DNA of 64,000 nucleotides, taken from Neoechinorhynchus agilis. Its lineage: Eukaryota; Animalia; Acanthocephala. The notes beneath the pieces were generated by a model. The model ran no database searches. It saw only the letters and a list, made by a program, of their open reading frames with translations, and was not told the DNA's origin. The stretch is taken from positions 5,248,784 to 5,312,783 of the forward strand of contig CM121341.1 in NCBI GenBank assembly GCA_051530055.1, in the 5' to 3' direction. Shown here piece after piece: positions 47,341 through 59,900 of the stretch; positions within the stretch are counted from its first letter, which is position 1, and every line of letters starts with the position of its first letter. Both the position numbers and the translations under genes were made by a program.

Positions 47341-47904
47341 CTATTTTTGTTTGGCTATTAAAAGATGTGTTTAAAGGTTGAAAAACTCCACCAAGGACGG
47401 TCCCAACCCCGGCTGAAAATGGTGGATGATTGGCGTCCTGAAGGGCATTCGGCTGTAAAATTCTGGTCAAATTTTGACCCGGGACCTCTTGAAAGAGAGA
47501 AAAAGCGTGAGTAAGAAGATTGAACTATTCGGATATTTGTTTTTGTGGCTTAAAAATTAAAGGAATTTTGGTTAAATCCGATAAGATTGCTTTGAAAACT
47601 TCCGAAATATCGGATTTAACACAAAAAAAATTTAATTTTTACGCCATAAACACGCATTAAAAGATATGGAGAATTGAACTTAAACTTAAAAAATTTAATA
47701 ACCGGTACAAGAATCAAAAACGCATTCGGGTATACAAAACGCCTGTTCATATCTATCAAAAATATCATCCACAGAGCTATATATTTTTGAAGAATGTGTG
47801 GAAACAAATAATAACTTTTGGAAAACACTGCAAGGCGATTTTCTACCATCTAAATCGTGATTTATATGTTATCAAATTCGGACGAATCATAAAACACCTT
47901 CGAT

Positions 47905-48525
47905 CGACAATTAGAACAAAATCATCGATTAAAATTTCCTATTCTTTGAGTTTAAATTAAAAATGAGTTTTATTTTGAATAATCGTAAAGATTAAAATTT
48001 CAAGGGTTCCTTTATCACTTTCCGAATTTGTATAAGAGCGGGAAAAATTATTAATAAACACCATAATTAACTTTTCGGTGCGCGTCAAAAGATGCAACGT
48101 CATTGGCTAATGAAAATAGCAAACAAAAATTAAATGAAAACAAAGCATCCAATGATAAATTGATCTGTAGCCTGGAAATAGACGAGAAGGTCCTTATTCT
48201 CGAATCGTGTATAGACGGAAGAACGATAGAACAAAATCATCGATTAAAATTTCCTATTCTTTGAGTTTAAATTAAAAATGAGTTTTATTTTGAATAATTT
48301 CAAGGGTTCCTTCATCACTTTCCGAATTTGTATAAGAGCAGGAAAAATTGTTAATAAACACCATAATTAACTTTTCGGTGCGCGTCAAAAGATGCAACGT
48401 CATTGGCTGATGAAAATAGCCAACAAAAATTAAATGAAAACAAAGCATCCAATGATAAATTGATCAGTAGCTTGAGAATAGACGAGAAGGTCCTTATTCT
48501 CGAATCGTGTATAGACGGAAGAACA
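47905..48525. repeat. Local tandem duplication of ~300 bp
   Basis: ttagaacaaaatcatcgattaaaa...gacggaagaac occurs twice. Confidence 0.85.
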
Positions 48526-48716
48526 AGCGATACGTTAAGACCGTCATTAAATGACGCCTTTGAATATTATTGGTGCAGAGATTAATTTTTGATAGGATTA
48601 AGCGCTTCATCTAAGGGTGAATTTTCAAACTGCTCAATTTCGTGATTAAAATTGACAATATTTTTTGGTCAATCCTTTATCCTTGCAAAATGATTTGAGC
48701 AATTTTAAGACGATTA

Positions 48717-49269
48717 ATGTCATCTTCCAGTTCTGACGATGATGATGATGAGCCGATTGATAATCGATTCTCGATCTGTGCAATATCTTACGATCAACTA
48801 ATAGATGATCAAATGATCAATATTGGTTCTCCTGATACTGAACTGTACGTAAAACTGATCCAAAACTACTCTTAAGCACTTAAATTTAGGCTAACCAATG
48901 CCGATCGAAAGCATAATTTCTCTAATTCAGATTCCAGCAAACGGATATTCGCTCAATTATTGGAAAAATCCATTTGTAGGTTTGTTTTTGTGATTTCGGA
49001 AGCAATGTTTTCATTTAAAGTGCAGTGAGTACGATTTCGACTCGTATACCGATGAAATCGCAGTGTCGTTGCCTCCATCGCCTGTAAAACCCATTAAGAT
49101 TTTCGAGGATTCAAATCTCGTTTTGGATATTGATGAAATGGATGATACCATGAATAGGAAACGAACGTACTCACGTCAATTAAAAGGAACCCAGAAAATG
49201 ATTGATGATGCCGTTTTGGGTGTTATGGACGATTTGTTTGGATTTGATCCATACAAAAAAACCCTGTAA
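48717..49269 (+). CDS. Small acidic hypothetical protein, three exons with canonical introns
   Basis: MSSSSSDDDDDEPID; gtacgt..tttag and gtttgt..tgcag joins restore the frame to ...GFDPYKKTL*. Confidence 0.6.
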
Positions 49270-49773
49270 TTTTGAATTCTAAAAAATGAATTCGACACAA
49301 ATTTGATTATTTTTTCGCAAAATCAACTTCATTTGATAGATTTGGATTTTTGACTCTTCAAGACAGAAATGTGAACAAACTTAAGATTGGCCGTTTCGAT
49401 TGCACGAACCGAGAGTTTTGGCAGAGACTTAAACTTTATTAGACAAATAAAGCGTTTAAAAACATTTTTGTCGAAGTTTTATTTCATGCAGCGTCATATT
49501 CGAGTGGAAAGATATTCTTGTTGAGCGGATCATAGAGAAATATTCTCGTATAATATTTCGTGGACAAAATCCACCTCTTTTCAGACATTTCTAAGGTAAA
49601 TTTTTAAATATGTGGATCCGCACAGTAGACTTCAAGGATCTTCCGTTGGGCCTTTTTTGAAGTCTTATTCAATTTGTAAGCCTTTTTCTATAACACCGTA
49701 TCTATAGCCGATTTTAAGGCTCCGATAAACATTAAATTCAATTTTTCTTTGAGAATTACATTCAGGGGGAATC

Positions 49774-49960
49774 TAATTTTGGTCTTCGGTGAGCTGTCAC
49801 CACCCCTAGAATTAAACATTAATTATTTAATTAAGTATTTCGGAACCTGAGTTGTCTCTTCAGTAAAATAATTTACTGAAGAGGAAGGTTCCGAAATATT
49901 TAATTAAATAATTAATGTTTAATTCTAGGGGTGGTGACAGCTCACCGAAGACCAAAATTA
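49774..49960. mobile_element. Foldback element with a central hammerhead pair
   Basis: Near-perfect ~85-bp arms; aatttaCTGAAGAggaaggttccGAAATATTtaatt at 49870-49906. Confidence 0.85.
49870..49906 (+). ncRNA. Minimal hammerhead ribozyme motif (U at position 17)
   Basis: CUGAAGA, helix II GGA/UCC with a 4-nt loop, GAAA, AUAU palindrome, helix I uua/uaa. Confidence 0.5.
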
Positions 49961-50299
49961 AATTCTGTGTGTTCGCAACTTTGGCCGCTCTAAATATTGA
50001 TGATAATCGTCTCAAAAAAAGGAATCCTCGTCCCTTGAAAGTTTGTTAACCGTCATATAATCGTTGCCAATGTTCTCACCACTTTTACGGCCGCCCCAGA
50101 TATCGAAATGGAAACATAGGAATTCCCCCTCATTGATTAAAAATTAAGTGGTGATCATTGAGCCACTGATCCGGGCCAAGGAAAAGCGTATAAAATCACA
50201 CGCTTTATACCCTGCTCCTGAACCATAAAACGTTATTATGAGTTCTTTTAGGGCAATGAAAAGTTAAAGGAACTTATTAAATTCGATATTTTGGTACAT

Positions 50300-51965
50300 A
50301 ATCATGTCTCTATCAAGCTCGTTTCACAAGTTAATATTATTTCTATTCTTCCTGATCATCATGGTGGTTTCGACATTGGAGCTTACATCTCCCTTGTGAG
50401 AAATAATGATTTTCCGGCCGAGTGGTTAAGTTTTGCTTTTCCCAAATGGACAATTGAGTCGTTGTTTTTGTGATTAAAAGAAAATCTTTACTTCCGAGAG
50501 GTTTCGATGTCTTACGACTCCCTTAAGAATCTACAAAGAAGCGTTAATAGGAGAAAGTTCGTCCCTGATGTTGAGAATTTCCCCTGGATCCTTGGCCAAA
50601 AACTAAACTCGCCTTGAGAGTTCTGAATTCTGTTTTGTCCATGATGTTTCCATGATTTTGCAAAAAAGATCTTTTATTCTGCATTTTCTGTAATCGTTTG
50701 TCAGGCTTTTACCGTTCGTCGAAAAGTGTATTGCAAAGCTTCAGATTCCATGTCGTGTCTTTGAAGATTTCTGAGGAAACCGTGAAAGCTCTCGGAAATA
50801 AAGATTTTCTTTTTATCGCTACAACAGCCCAAGTGTCCATTCAAAAAAAATTTGAAACCCAGCAAATCGGGGACGCCGAAAGGAAAAATACTGGACCTTA
50901 GAGAAGTGCTTTAAACCTTTCAAAGACGTTGTGTTCAGACTTCACTCTTCTACTCTAGACGAGGCCCTGTAGATGCGAGTGATTATTCTGCCTCTGATTC
51001 CTACTCCTTTTTTCTTGTCAGTTATATCAGGAAAGTGGACGGATATTCTCGGTCCATCGATCACTACCATTCAAGGAATTCTGAGTATGATTTTAGGGAG
51101 AGTGGCGATCGCTACTAGAAGCGTGAGAGCCGCTTAAGACGACCAGTTCTATGAATGCGATCTGATTGCTATTCTTCGGGTTCTAAAAGTTGGAAGGAGA
51201 TAATTTGGCTGTAGGAACGAGAATCGGAAAGATTAGTTAGACTTTTGGCGTTAGTACTCTATTTCTAAGATCGCTATCATAGTTTCTCCCTTTAATACCT
51301 TTTTTCGACAGCAGTTTGCTGTGGATGCTTCCCATTACTGTCCTCGAAGTTGGTTCGCCTCGGGACCATTCTGTCTAACTTCAGGATGACGAGTTAAAGT
51401 CGTTTCTTCAATATTCTCAACATCGAGACGGATTAGCTGCTGTATCCAATTGGATCATTCCATGTTTGATGATGTCTATAATGGTTTAAAGCCAAGAATT
51501 ATTGACGCTCTTTGTGTCCTCTAGATGGAAATGGACGGCTTTTGTCGATAATATCGCCAGCAATGCGCTAAATCGCACGGTCATGGATTTGAGCGGTCCG
51601 CCGACTTTCCTCAGTTTTATCCGAGTGGCGCCCTCTCGCATGGAACCGACTAAAGTGTTTATTAGAGCGCTCCTTGAGATTGGGTTGAACTCGTCTTTTT
51701 GTTTTGGTTAAAGACACATCCGCCTACCAAATCATCGGCTACTTGATCCGAGAAATTCTTGATCCGTGTAAGGTTCACAAATTTTCATCTTCACTCGTCT
51801 GCAGGGATGTTCAATTGCCCTTTGTCAGGGAACGTTCAAAATCATAGTTCTTAAGAAACATCCCTGGAAAGCCGGATTTGCTCTCTCTTTCGAGAATGAA
51901 AGCCAATTGAGCAAAAAGGGCGCTCACTCGTCGAATACGACTTCCTGTGATTTGAATGCGCATAT
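50300..51965 (-). CDS. Unidentified multi-exon gene or pseudogene
   Basis: Protein-like fragments (MRIQITGSRIRRVSALF.., LQTSEDENFVNLTRIK.., QLIRLDVENIEETT..) separated by stops; one textbook gtactaac..cctacag intron. Confidence 0.35.
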
Positions 51966-52070
51966 TAATAAAAACGTTCAATTCTTACAAAAGAAAAAAC
52001 GCTCTTTTGAGAATTGCTCTTGAAGATCGCCTTAAATTCATGTGATTGTTGCTTAGAGTTTTTTTTAAAG

Positions 52071-53639
52071 ATGTCCGAGAATGATTCAGTCGAGAGTGAT
52101 GCCAGTCAGTCACAAATGGATAAGTTGTCTTCAATGCCAAAAGAGACTCTACTTGAGCTTTTCCGCAAACAGTTGATTCTACAGAAAAGGTTGAAGGCTC
52201 GAATCGAAAGTCTAGAACTAAAGGCAAATAATGATTCAAACATCTTGGTATCCTCTTTAAAGTTAGAATTGTCTGATTACCGGGATTCGGTGGCGGAATT
52301 GAAGTTAAAGTTGGATGAAACTGACGCGAATCTTGAGTCGATGACGGCCGCTCGACTTATATCCGATACAAGAGTATCGGAAATATCGGAAACTTTGACA
52401 CAAACGGAGGAGAAATTAAGCGAACTCAACAAAAATCTCAATGATCATAAGAAGCTTTTAGAGGTAGCCAATGATAGAGTTGAGAGTTTGACAAGCGCGA
52501 AAAATTCAATGGACAATGAGCGCACTCGGGCACTCAATGAGAAATGTGAGTTGGAAACTCGTATGAAGATTTTGTCAGACGAGATTGAAGCTGATAGGTC
52601 TCATTTTGTACAGCAATTAAGCGAGAAATCCAATGAGTTGCAGACGCTAAAATCCGAGAATTTCGAACTAAAGCAATCGATATTGAAAAGTGAGTCAAGA
52701 TTTCAGAGCCTTGCGAATGAGTATGAGCAATATCGCACAACGATTGCAGGATATTTAAAGGAGAACACCAAGAACGATGAACGAGATACTACGAATTCCG
52801 AATCTCAGACTGATGATCAACTTCACACAGTGGACTTTATTAAGGAGCGTTTGTATTCAATTGAACAGTCCATTGCATCGACTTTGGTTCTGTTTGAAAA
52901 AGAAACGAAGTTGGTAAATGACAAATTGGTAGATGTGGATGAACGCGTCTTGAATATAATCAACAATTTGGTCTCAAGAATGACCATAGAGATTAAATCT
53001 CAAATCTCTACATACGAAAATCAATTGGATCTTTTGAGGGAAAAGCTCGAAGAATCAATGCGCGACTGTTGTGAGATGCGTTCAACGATCAAACAGAAAA
53101 ATACGGACATTTATGACCTTCAGGCCCAAATCAAAACCTTAGAAAGGTATCGACTATTTTCTCAAGTCAAACAGAATACTGACGACAAACCCGGAGGCAA
53201 GTCATCTTATGATTTTTTCGAATCAATAGTACTCAATAAACCTCAATTGTATCGACCGATTCATGTTCTGTTCAAAGACGATCAAGACGTAATGCAGGAT
53301 CAAGGAGAACCGATACACTTATCACTATTAAATGATACCAGAAAAGAAAACGGAATGCTTAAGAAACGGTTAAATCTATTGGAGGAGAAAGTTCAAACCT
53401 ATGAGCAAAATGAGCAGCGTCTCATGAGTCTTCATCGTGTAGAGTATGTAAAGAACGTTATTCTAAAGTTTATCACTCTACTTCGATCGGGTTTTATTCT
53501 GATTGGTTCTTCATGATCAATAAAACCTATCCGATTAGATCAAAGTGAACGATACCAGTTGTTTCCAATTTTGTCTGAAGTTCTCAAGTTATCACCCGAT
53601 GAAATACACTCGGTCCGACAATCTCATGGCTTTGAATGA
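52071..53639 (+). CDS. GRIP-domain golgin (GCC2/golgin-97-like coiled coil); one intron near 53485-53538
   Basis: Long coiled coil; VEYVKNVILKFITL..SERYQLFPILSEVLKLSPDE. Confidence 0.85.
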
Positions 53640-53754
53640 CATGTATGAAAATAGATTTAAAAATAAAGCCATCTTACTGCTTTCAGGCATAACTTTCGTA
53701 AGGTGAAATTCTCATGTTTTTTTGTATGGAATTAAAATCAACCGATAAATCACT

Positions 53755-54205
53755 GAGAGTCGCGGAGGTTCAGCGGTCGTAGCTGAGGAACGAAAACGTT
53801 CAAAATATAAAGAGCTCCTAAGGAATTACCATTTCTTCCCTTTTGCCGTGAAAACGTGTGGAGCCTTGGGACCATCAGCGCTCACTCTCCTCGACGATTT
53901 GGGACGAAAAGGATGACGGAGGAACCGCGCTCGAGAAATTTCCTCCCTCAACGAGCGCTAGCAACGTCGGGATGTTTACAAGAATGAAAAACGAAAACCC
54001 GGTCGGTACTATTTCACATATAGATATTCTTTTTAAACTTTTATCTCTATAGATTCTTCTACTTTATGCTTTCCGCCGATTTTCTTAATCGTCAACGTCA
54101 AACGGGGCAATGCTGCCAGCGTGATGGCGACGGTCGAGGAAGGACAAAAGCTGGAATTCGGCGGGAGGTGGTGAGTGTGTTAATTGTCGAGAAATGAAGA
54201 TTGAT
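53755..54205 (+). mobile_element. CRE-like 3' fragments
   Basis: aacggggcaatgctgccagcgtgatggcg...gggaggtggtga, shared with 26460-26550. Confidence 0.75.
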
Positions 54206-54808
54206 TGAATCCAAGGAATAAATCCGTGAATTCGAATATCGCTTTTAGATCAAGTTGTGAGGAAAATACGTTCTTGAAACAATTTCATGTTTACTCAATT
54301 CAATGTAGAAGGCAGAGCTTGTCCGTTAATCAACGAAAAAACATCGAACTTTGCGTTTATTTGCGCAAAAGTCAACAATTAAGACGAATAATTCGCCACT
54401 TTTCATCAGCAAACAATTACTCTCAAGTCGTTCTCTTTTCACATGAGCAAAACACTCGTAATCCCAATTCATTTCATCCTCCCCTCAAGACCCAACCTCA
54501 TAAGAATAACCACCGACCACTCCATAATCGACATTCATTTAACCTATCAGAAATCGAGTGTTTTTGTGAGGATCCAAACGAGGACATTGGTCTTATTCCT
54601 TTTGGGATTAAATCAAAGACTATATACATTTCAACCGATCAGAACAGGGACGGCGCTAGACCAGATCTGGACGCCCGATAAACCGCGGTTAGAATTTGGT
54701 TCGATATAAATGTTCTTAAGGTCGATTTGGTCCTACTTTGATTAAATGAAGCAAAATCTTTTATAAAAAAAGCTGATAAACGAATTTATTACCGATACCT
54801 ACGTCGCA

Positions 54809-55498
54809 TCACCGATGATGTCTTTTGGACACGGATGTGGATCGATTGATGCTTTCGTTAGCCTTACACTCACATCGTTTTTCGTCTTTACAGCAACAGC
54901 AACGTTCTTCGTCCGAGCAGGACACTTCTTCTTCAATGCAATGAACAGTTGTTGTTGTGTAATAATAATACTTTCTACGCTTCTTTTTTCTAGCATGGCG
55001 ATTGCACCGCGATTCAAGTGCTTTAGAACCTTCTGAACAAGTACAAACTATTCGAGAGTTGTCGTCTCGTTTCGCTGTTGTCTGTGACTCCCGGCAGGGC
55101 ATCTTTTCAACTGGAGAACGAGCAATTTCGTATTGAGGACGTTTGTGACGATTGTTTTCGGATATATCAATCCGTTCAGTCACGGATCAAAACAATGTTG
55201 CTCAGAAATCTATGCGTTTCCGAGGCGGATAAATCAAATGTCACAACAATCGGCATATTTCTAACCTATTTCGGAACAAAAGTAAAGACTCACAAGTTTT
55301 AAATCTTTTTAATATCCTTCGCGAGTGAACTAATCCCCTCCCCGGTTCAATCGGAATAATTTCGAGACCTGAGTTCCCGGTGACGTTTTAAAAATCTTAA
55401 AGTGGAACAAGAGAACCTTACTCACCTGATATGGAAATCCTCGAAAGCCGTCTGGAGATCTAAATATAAAACTCAAAATACCTGCTTCTATCCATCAT
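54809..55498 (-). CDS. Small Cys-rich CXC/CRC-like protein, probably four exons
   Basis: VCTCSEG..SRC..HC..VSC..CCCC..RCEC; predicted GT-AG introns, including a 22-nt one at 55460-55481. Confidence 0.5.
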
Positions 55499-55589
55499 CG
55501 TACTTATTTCAAGACTATAATTTAAATTAATGTTTGCATTGGCGAGCCGACGTCTATATTGATTCATTGTTTTGAGAACGTCCCTTACT

Positions 55590-56450
55590 CGGTTTATTTT
55601 CCTTTTTAGGCATACAGCCAAATCAATCTTTTACATCAGAGAAATGATTGAATCACTTAGACTCGAGGCGGGAATCAATATAACCGGCTTGCTAGTGTAA
55701 ACATTAAAGAATTCAACATTTAGCCAGTCTAGTCAAATAGATGTCTCTCCTCAGAAGGTATCTGATGATCCGGTTCGTACAAAACCCATTATTTTTGAAG
55801 ACTGGTCAGCCCGTAACTTTTTTATTAAGTATCAATGTGCAGCCTTTTCCCAAGGCTGATAATTTTCCTTGGGCACACAACCCACCGATCTGGTTCAGGG
55901 AAGCGCATAAAATCACTTAATGACCTGAACCATACGGTTATGAGCCTGTTTCAGAATCAACTGGTTCGAATCGATTTCCGCCAAAGACCCACAATCAAAG
56001 GGGACAAAATATCTCGTTGAAAGGAAGAGGAAACTCACTGATGAGTCCCGCCTCCTCGGGAGGTATCTGAGAATCCGGACGAATGTACAAACTCTTTACC
56101 GTGTGTATTAGAGAGATTATGTGGTTATATCACTTCTCTGATGTAATTGGTTTGGCTTTATGCCTAAAAATAAGCTGGACAAGAAGGGATAGACTAAAAT
56201 TTAATGATGATATGAAACTAACTGGCTTGCCAGTAAAACTTAAAATGGAATACAGCGCTCATCCTGAGTCGAAAAATTGGCTGAGTTTGACATTCCGTAG
56301 TTGTGTCGAGGTAGTTAAGGATCAACTGGTTCGAATCCGTTATTGCCAATGACCCACAATCAAAGGGACAAAGTATCTCGTTGAAAGGAAGAGGAAACTC
56401 ACTGATGAGTCCCACCTCCTGGGTAGGTATCTGAGGATACGAACGAATAT
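55590..56450. mobile_element. Rearranged copies of the 28890-29501 foldback family
   Basis: gaaactcactgatgagtccc and tttggctttatgcctaaaaa are shared. Confidence 0.8.
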
Positions 56451-56690
56451 TCGTGATGCCAAGAGAAACATTATATAATTTTTCCTATTAAAAACGTTCT
56501 ACGAACCTCGTAAGGGGTTCATCGTCAGTTTGTTAGTTTTTAAAAGACGCTTGTGTCATTTGATAACTTACAAACAGATGAGTAACCCCTTACGAGGTTA
56601 TCAAAAAATGATAGGAAATGGAGAATATTTGAATTGTGGTTACCATGGAACTGATAATCCCTTTAACCATATTGATCTGAGAATCCTACG

Positions 56691-56936
56691 ATGTTATGGA
56701 TACTGTCATCATTATTGGTCGTCTTTGCAATCATTTCAGGATGTGCTTTATGCTGTTGTGTGTGTTGTGGTCGCAAACGCGAATTGGACCAAAGAAATGT
56801 AACGTCCGTGGATAATTACACTAGCGAAATATTTGAATGTCAACTTGATCCTGAACATTTGAGAAGTTTATTGATAAGAGCACCTGAAAGGAACCCGGAG
56901 TGCCAAAAGATCTTGACCATGATTACTTTATCGTGA
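56691..56936 (+). CDS. Small single-pass membrane protein with a juxtamembrane Cys cluster (5' exon uncertain)
   Basis: WILSSLLVVFAIISGCALCCCVCCGRKR; convergent with the RME-8 stop. Confidence 0.5.
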   Translation: MLWILSSLLVVFAIISGCALCCCVCCGRKRELDQRNVTSVDNYTSEIFECQLDPEHLRSLLIRAPERNPECQKILTMITLS

Positions 56937-56958
56937 AATTAAACGCTCATCACAATTC

Positions 56959-59900
56959 TTAAGACATGTCAATTCGCGTGGGTGGTGGTGGTTGTGCTGC
57001 TGCTGCTGTGTCTCCATTTGCATCATTTCCATAAGTTGGATTGGATGGAACTGAGGTAAGGTATCCCGCGCTCAATGGAGCGCCACCGCCTGTCAATCTA
57101 GCCAATCGTTCCATTGTATTTGAAGTGTCTTCGATAAAGAGATCGTGCCTTTGATGCTTATAATCCGCCCAGGAATCACATGAATCTAACATAGTTCCGA
57201 TTTTATCCGGTGCAGCTTCGTTCATGGCTTTGAGTGCTGTGATCAAATAAGCTCTACATGTATTGTCCAGGAATATCCTATGCTTCGGTGATTGACCATC
57301 AAGTATATCAAGAAGACGTTTTATCAATCCGCATGATATCATGTCACTCAGGGGAGCTGTTCTTATACTAGGAAGTGTCGAAAATCAAATCTTGTTTTAG
57401 GTCGAAAATAAACAATTGGCCGACGTTTTTTGAGCAAATGTCCTTTTTCGACCTTAAAACTTTATCGTTTCCTTAACGCCATCTTTTAAACAGGAAAAAA
57501 AGTGAGTCCGGATTTTGCGGACGGTGATTGTAAAACTCATTGAGAAAAGACAAAATGTCCCACAATCACTACCCCGTCGGCACCTAGCGATTCGCACGAG
57601 CGCATTGGAACTTCGCGTTCAATGCCTTCAAATTGCGCTCGATTGATCGATGGGTTCCACGGGGGGCGGATCAGGTTTGAGATTCCGAAGTCTGTGAGTT
57701 AGCTGAAAGGCATGCGATTTAAGATAAATAAATTTTGACTTGTGGTGAAGAATACTCGAACGGTTAAAAATCATTTTATTCTAATGAAATATTTCGAAAG
57801 AGAGGAAACCTCGCCCGAAATATTTCATTAGAATAAAATGATTCAGTACACAAGTCAAAATTTCCCACAGCTCTCTTCTTTCAGGTTCTCGCGATGGGGT
57901 CGTCCGAGCTAGACTGTTGGCAGTTTCAACACGAGAATCTGGGGCGTGGTTGGAGGCTGTTCCTCTGGCATCTGTGGGAACTCTTCTTACTGACGAGGTA
58001 ACGAGGATCGCAGTATCCTTAAGACTCGGTCTCCCGATATGCACGCCCCATCGCTGTCGATGTGGGTCTTTGGTTGATGCTTTCGGGCGACACGGTCTCG
58101 TCTGCAGAAGGTCAGCAGGAAGGTTTTCACGCCATTCTGAAATCAATAACGTAATTTCTCGGGCGTTGAGAACGGCGAACTTCCCGAACATCCTGGAACC
58201 CGCCCACCTCTGCAGACTAGACGGCCGTAGGCCCGATGGAATTTCGGTCTTCCCGTGGCGGGAGGGCAAATGCCTTCTCTGGGACGCAACCCTCGCAGCC
58301 AGCAACATCCCCTACTCCCTCGAAATCGCCGGTGGTGCCGCCAGTGCAGCGGAAGGGAGGAAGGTACGAAAATATATGCAGCTATCGAGGGCTCACTATT
58401 TTGTCCCCTTTGGGGTAGAGACGTATGGAGCGCTCGGCAGCTCGGCACTCTCTCTGCTCAAGGATCTCTCGAAGAAATTGAGAGAGGCAACCGGAGACTC
58501 AAGAGCAGGCTTATTTCTTCGACAAAATATCTCGCTGGCAGTACAACGGGGCAATGCTGCCAGCGTGATGGCGACGGTCGAGGAAGGACAAAAGCTGGAA
58601 TTTGGTGGGAGGTGGTGAATGTAAAGAAAAGTCGATACTCATTATTTAAAAACTTACAAGCAATAGCGACTGAAAAAAAAATGATGAAATTTCCCATCCC
58701 GGTATGGATTTTCTGTCTCGATATGATTAAAATAACCCAAACAAACTTAACTTTAAATGTTCCTTTACGTGTTTTCTAAAATACTTAGTCCAGTTTAGAT
58801 TGGGACGTGTAATTAAAGTTCCATTTTGAAAAAAAACACGAGAAAAGTTCTAGAGGTCAAATGTACAAGAGTAGCTACCATAACAGTTTCTCATGATTCA
58901 TTGAGAATTCCCTACTTGGATGCATGATCGTTGCCAAAAGACTTGATACTACAGGGAGAAGGTCAGCTCTTCTGTCGATTTGATTTAATAGCGAAGGAGC
59001 AAGAGGTGATTGTCCACCGACGGCTGCATTTATGTCGGTCATTTGTCTAAAGCAGATTTCACTCTCAGCGAGGCAGCTTATCAATTTGAGCGCACAAGCA
59101 CCAACGGCATCGTCATTGTTCACAAGAGATGAACAGATAAATGGGATAGCGCCGGTCGAAGGAACAGTTGAGTCCATGAGTAAAGCATAAACTTGCTGTG
59201 TTGCAGGAGTGACACTTAAGTCTTGCCCTGTTCCAAATAAAGAAAGAAGACAATCAGTGAGAAGTTGTAGTAGTTGATGATGTTGAGTTGGAGGCGATTC
59301 TTTAGGTAAAGCGTTAATCGTATTAATGGTTCGTATCCAACGTTCAAGTAGCTCAGTTGAGAACTTCTTTGGATTACGAACGACCCAACCTGGAGTGGCC
59401 AAAAATGCATTCAAGTACACTCCACTAACTTGATATTCGTCTTCGTTTTCAGCTGATTCAAAATAGACCGGTTGATCCGGAAGGGGACTATCTCTGCCGT
59501 CCGCTATAAACCTATGAACTGCTTCCTTCACTTTCTGCCTAGTAAGGCGATTCCATACGAGTTCGGGATTGTTGTAATCGTTCATATAAAGTGCACACGC
59601 TACTTCAGGATCCGATAGTTTATCTAGGATTAGACTGGGTAAAAAAAGGTCGAGTTGGAGACGTACTCGTCGACCACTTAAAGTGTCCGAACACACTCTT
59701 GACAGAAGTTGTGCGGCCAATTTTCGTTCACTGAGTTCAAAACAGCGTATTTTGTGGCATTCGTTTGATTGATGCTGATGATCTTCGACTTCTGATATGA
59801 AAACCGAAACAACAGCAATATGTCCACGTTGTTCAAAGAATTGTTTTACGAAATACGGTCGAGCTGATAGAACTGTGAGAACGGAAAGATGAACATTAGG

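Noticed and set aside
54950-55010. In-frame 60-nt intron within the CXC-like domain (RHARKKKRRKYYYYTTTTVH)
   Set aside because: Removal gives a neater RCNC motif, but there are no splice signals or end-pairing at that register; unsupported
57364-58912. Last RME-8 intron as definitely non-canonical (TAGGGA/TTCCTA stem)
   Set aside because: A good gtaggg..aacag GT-AG solution exists and the stem is only 6 bp
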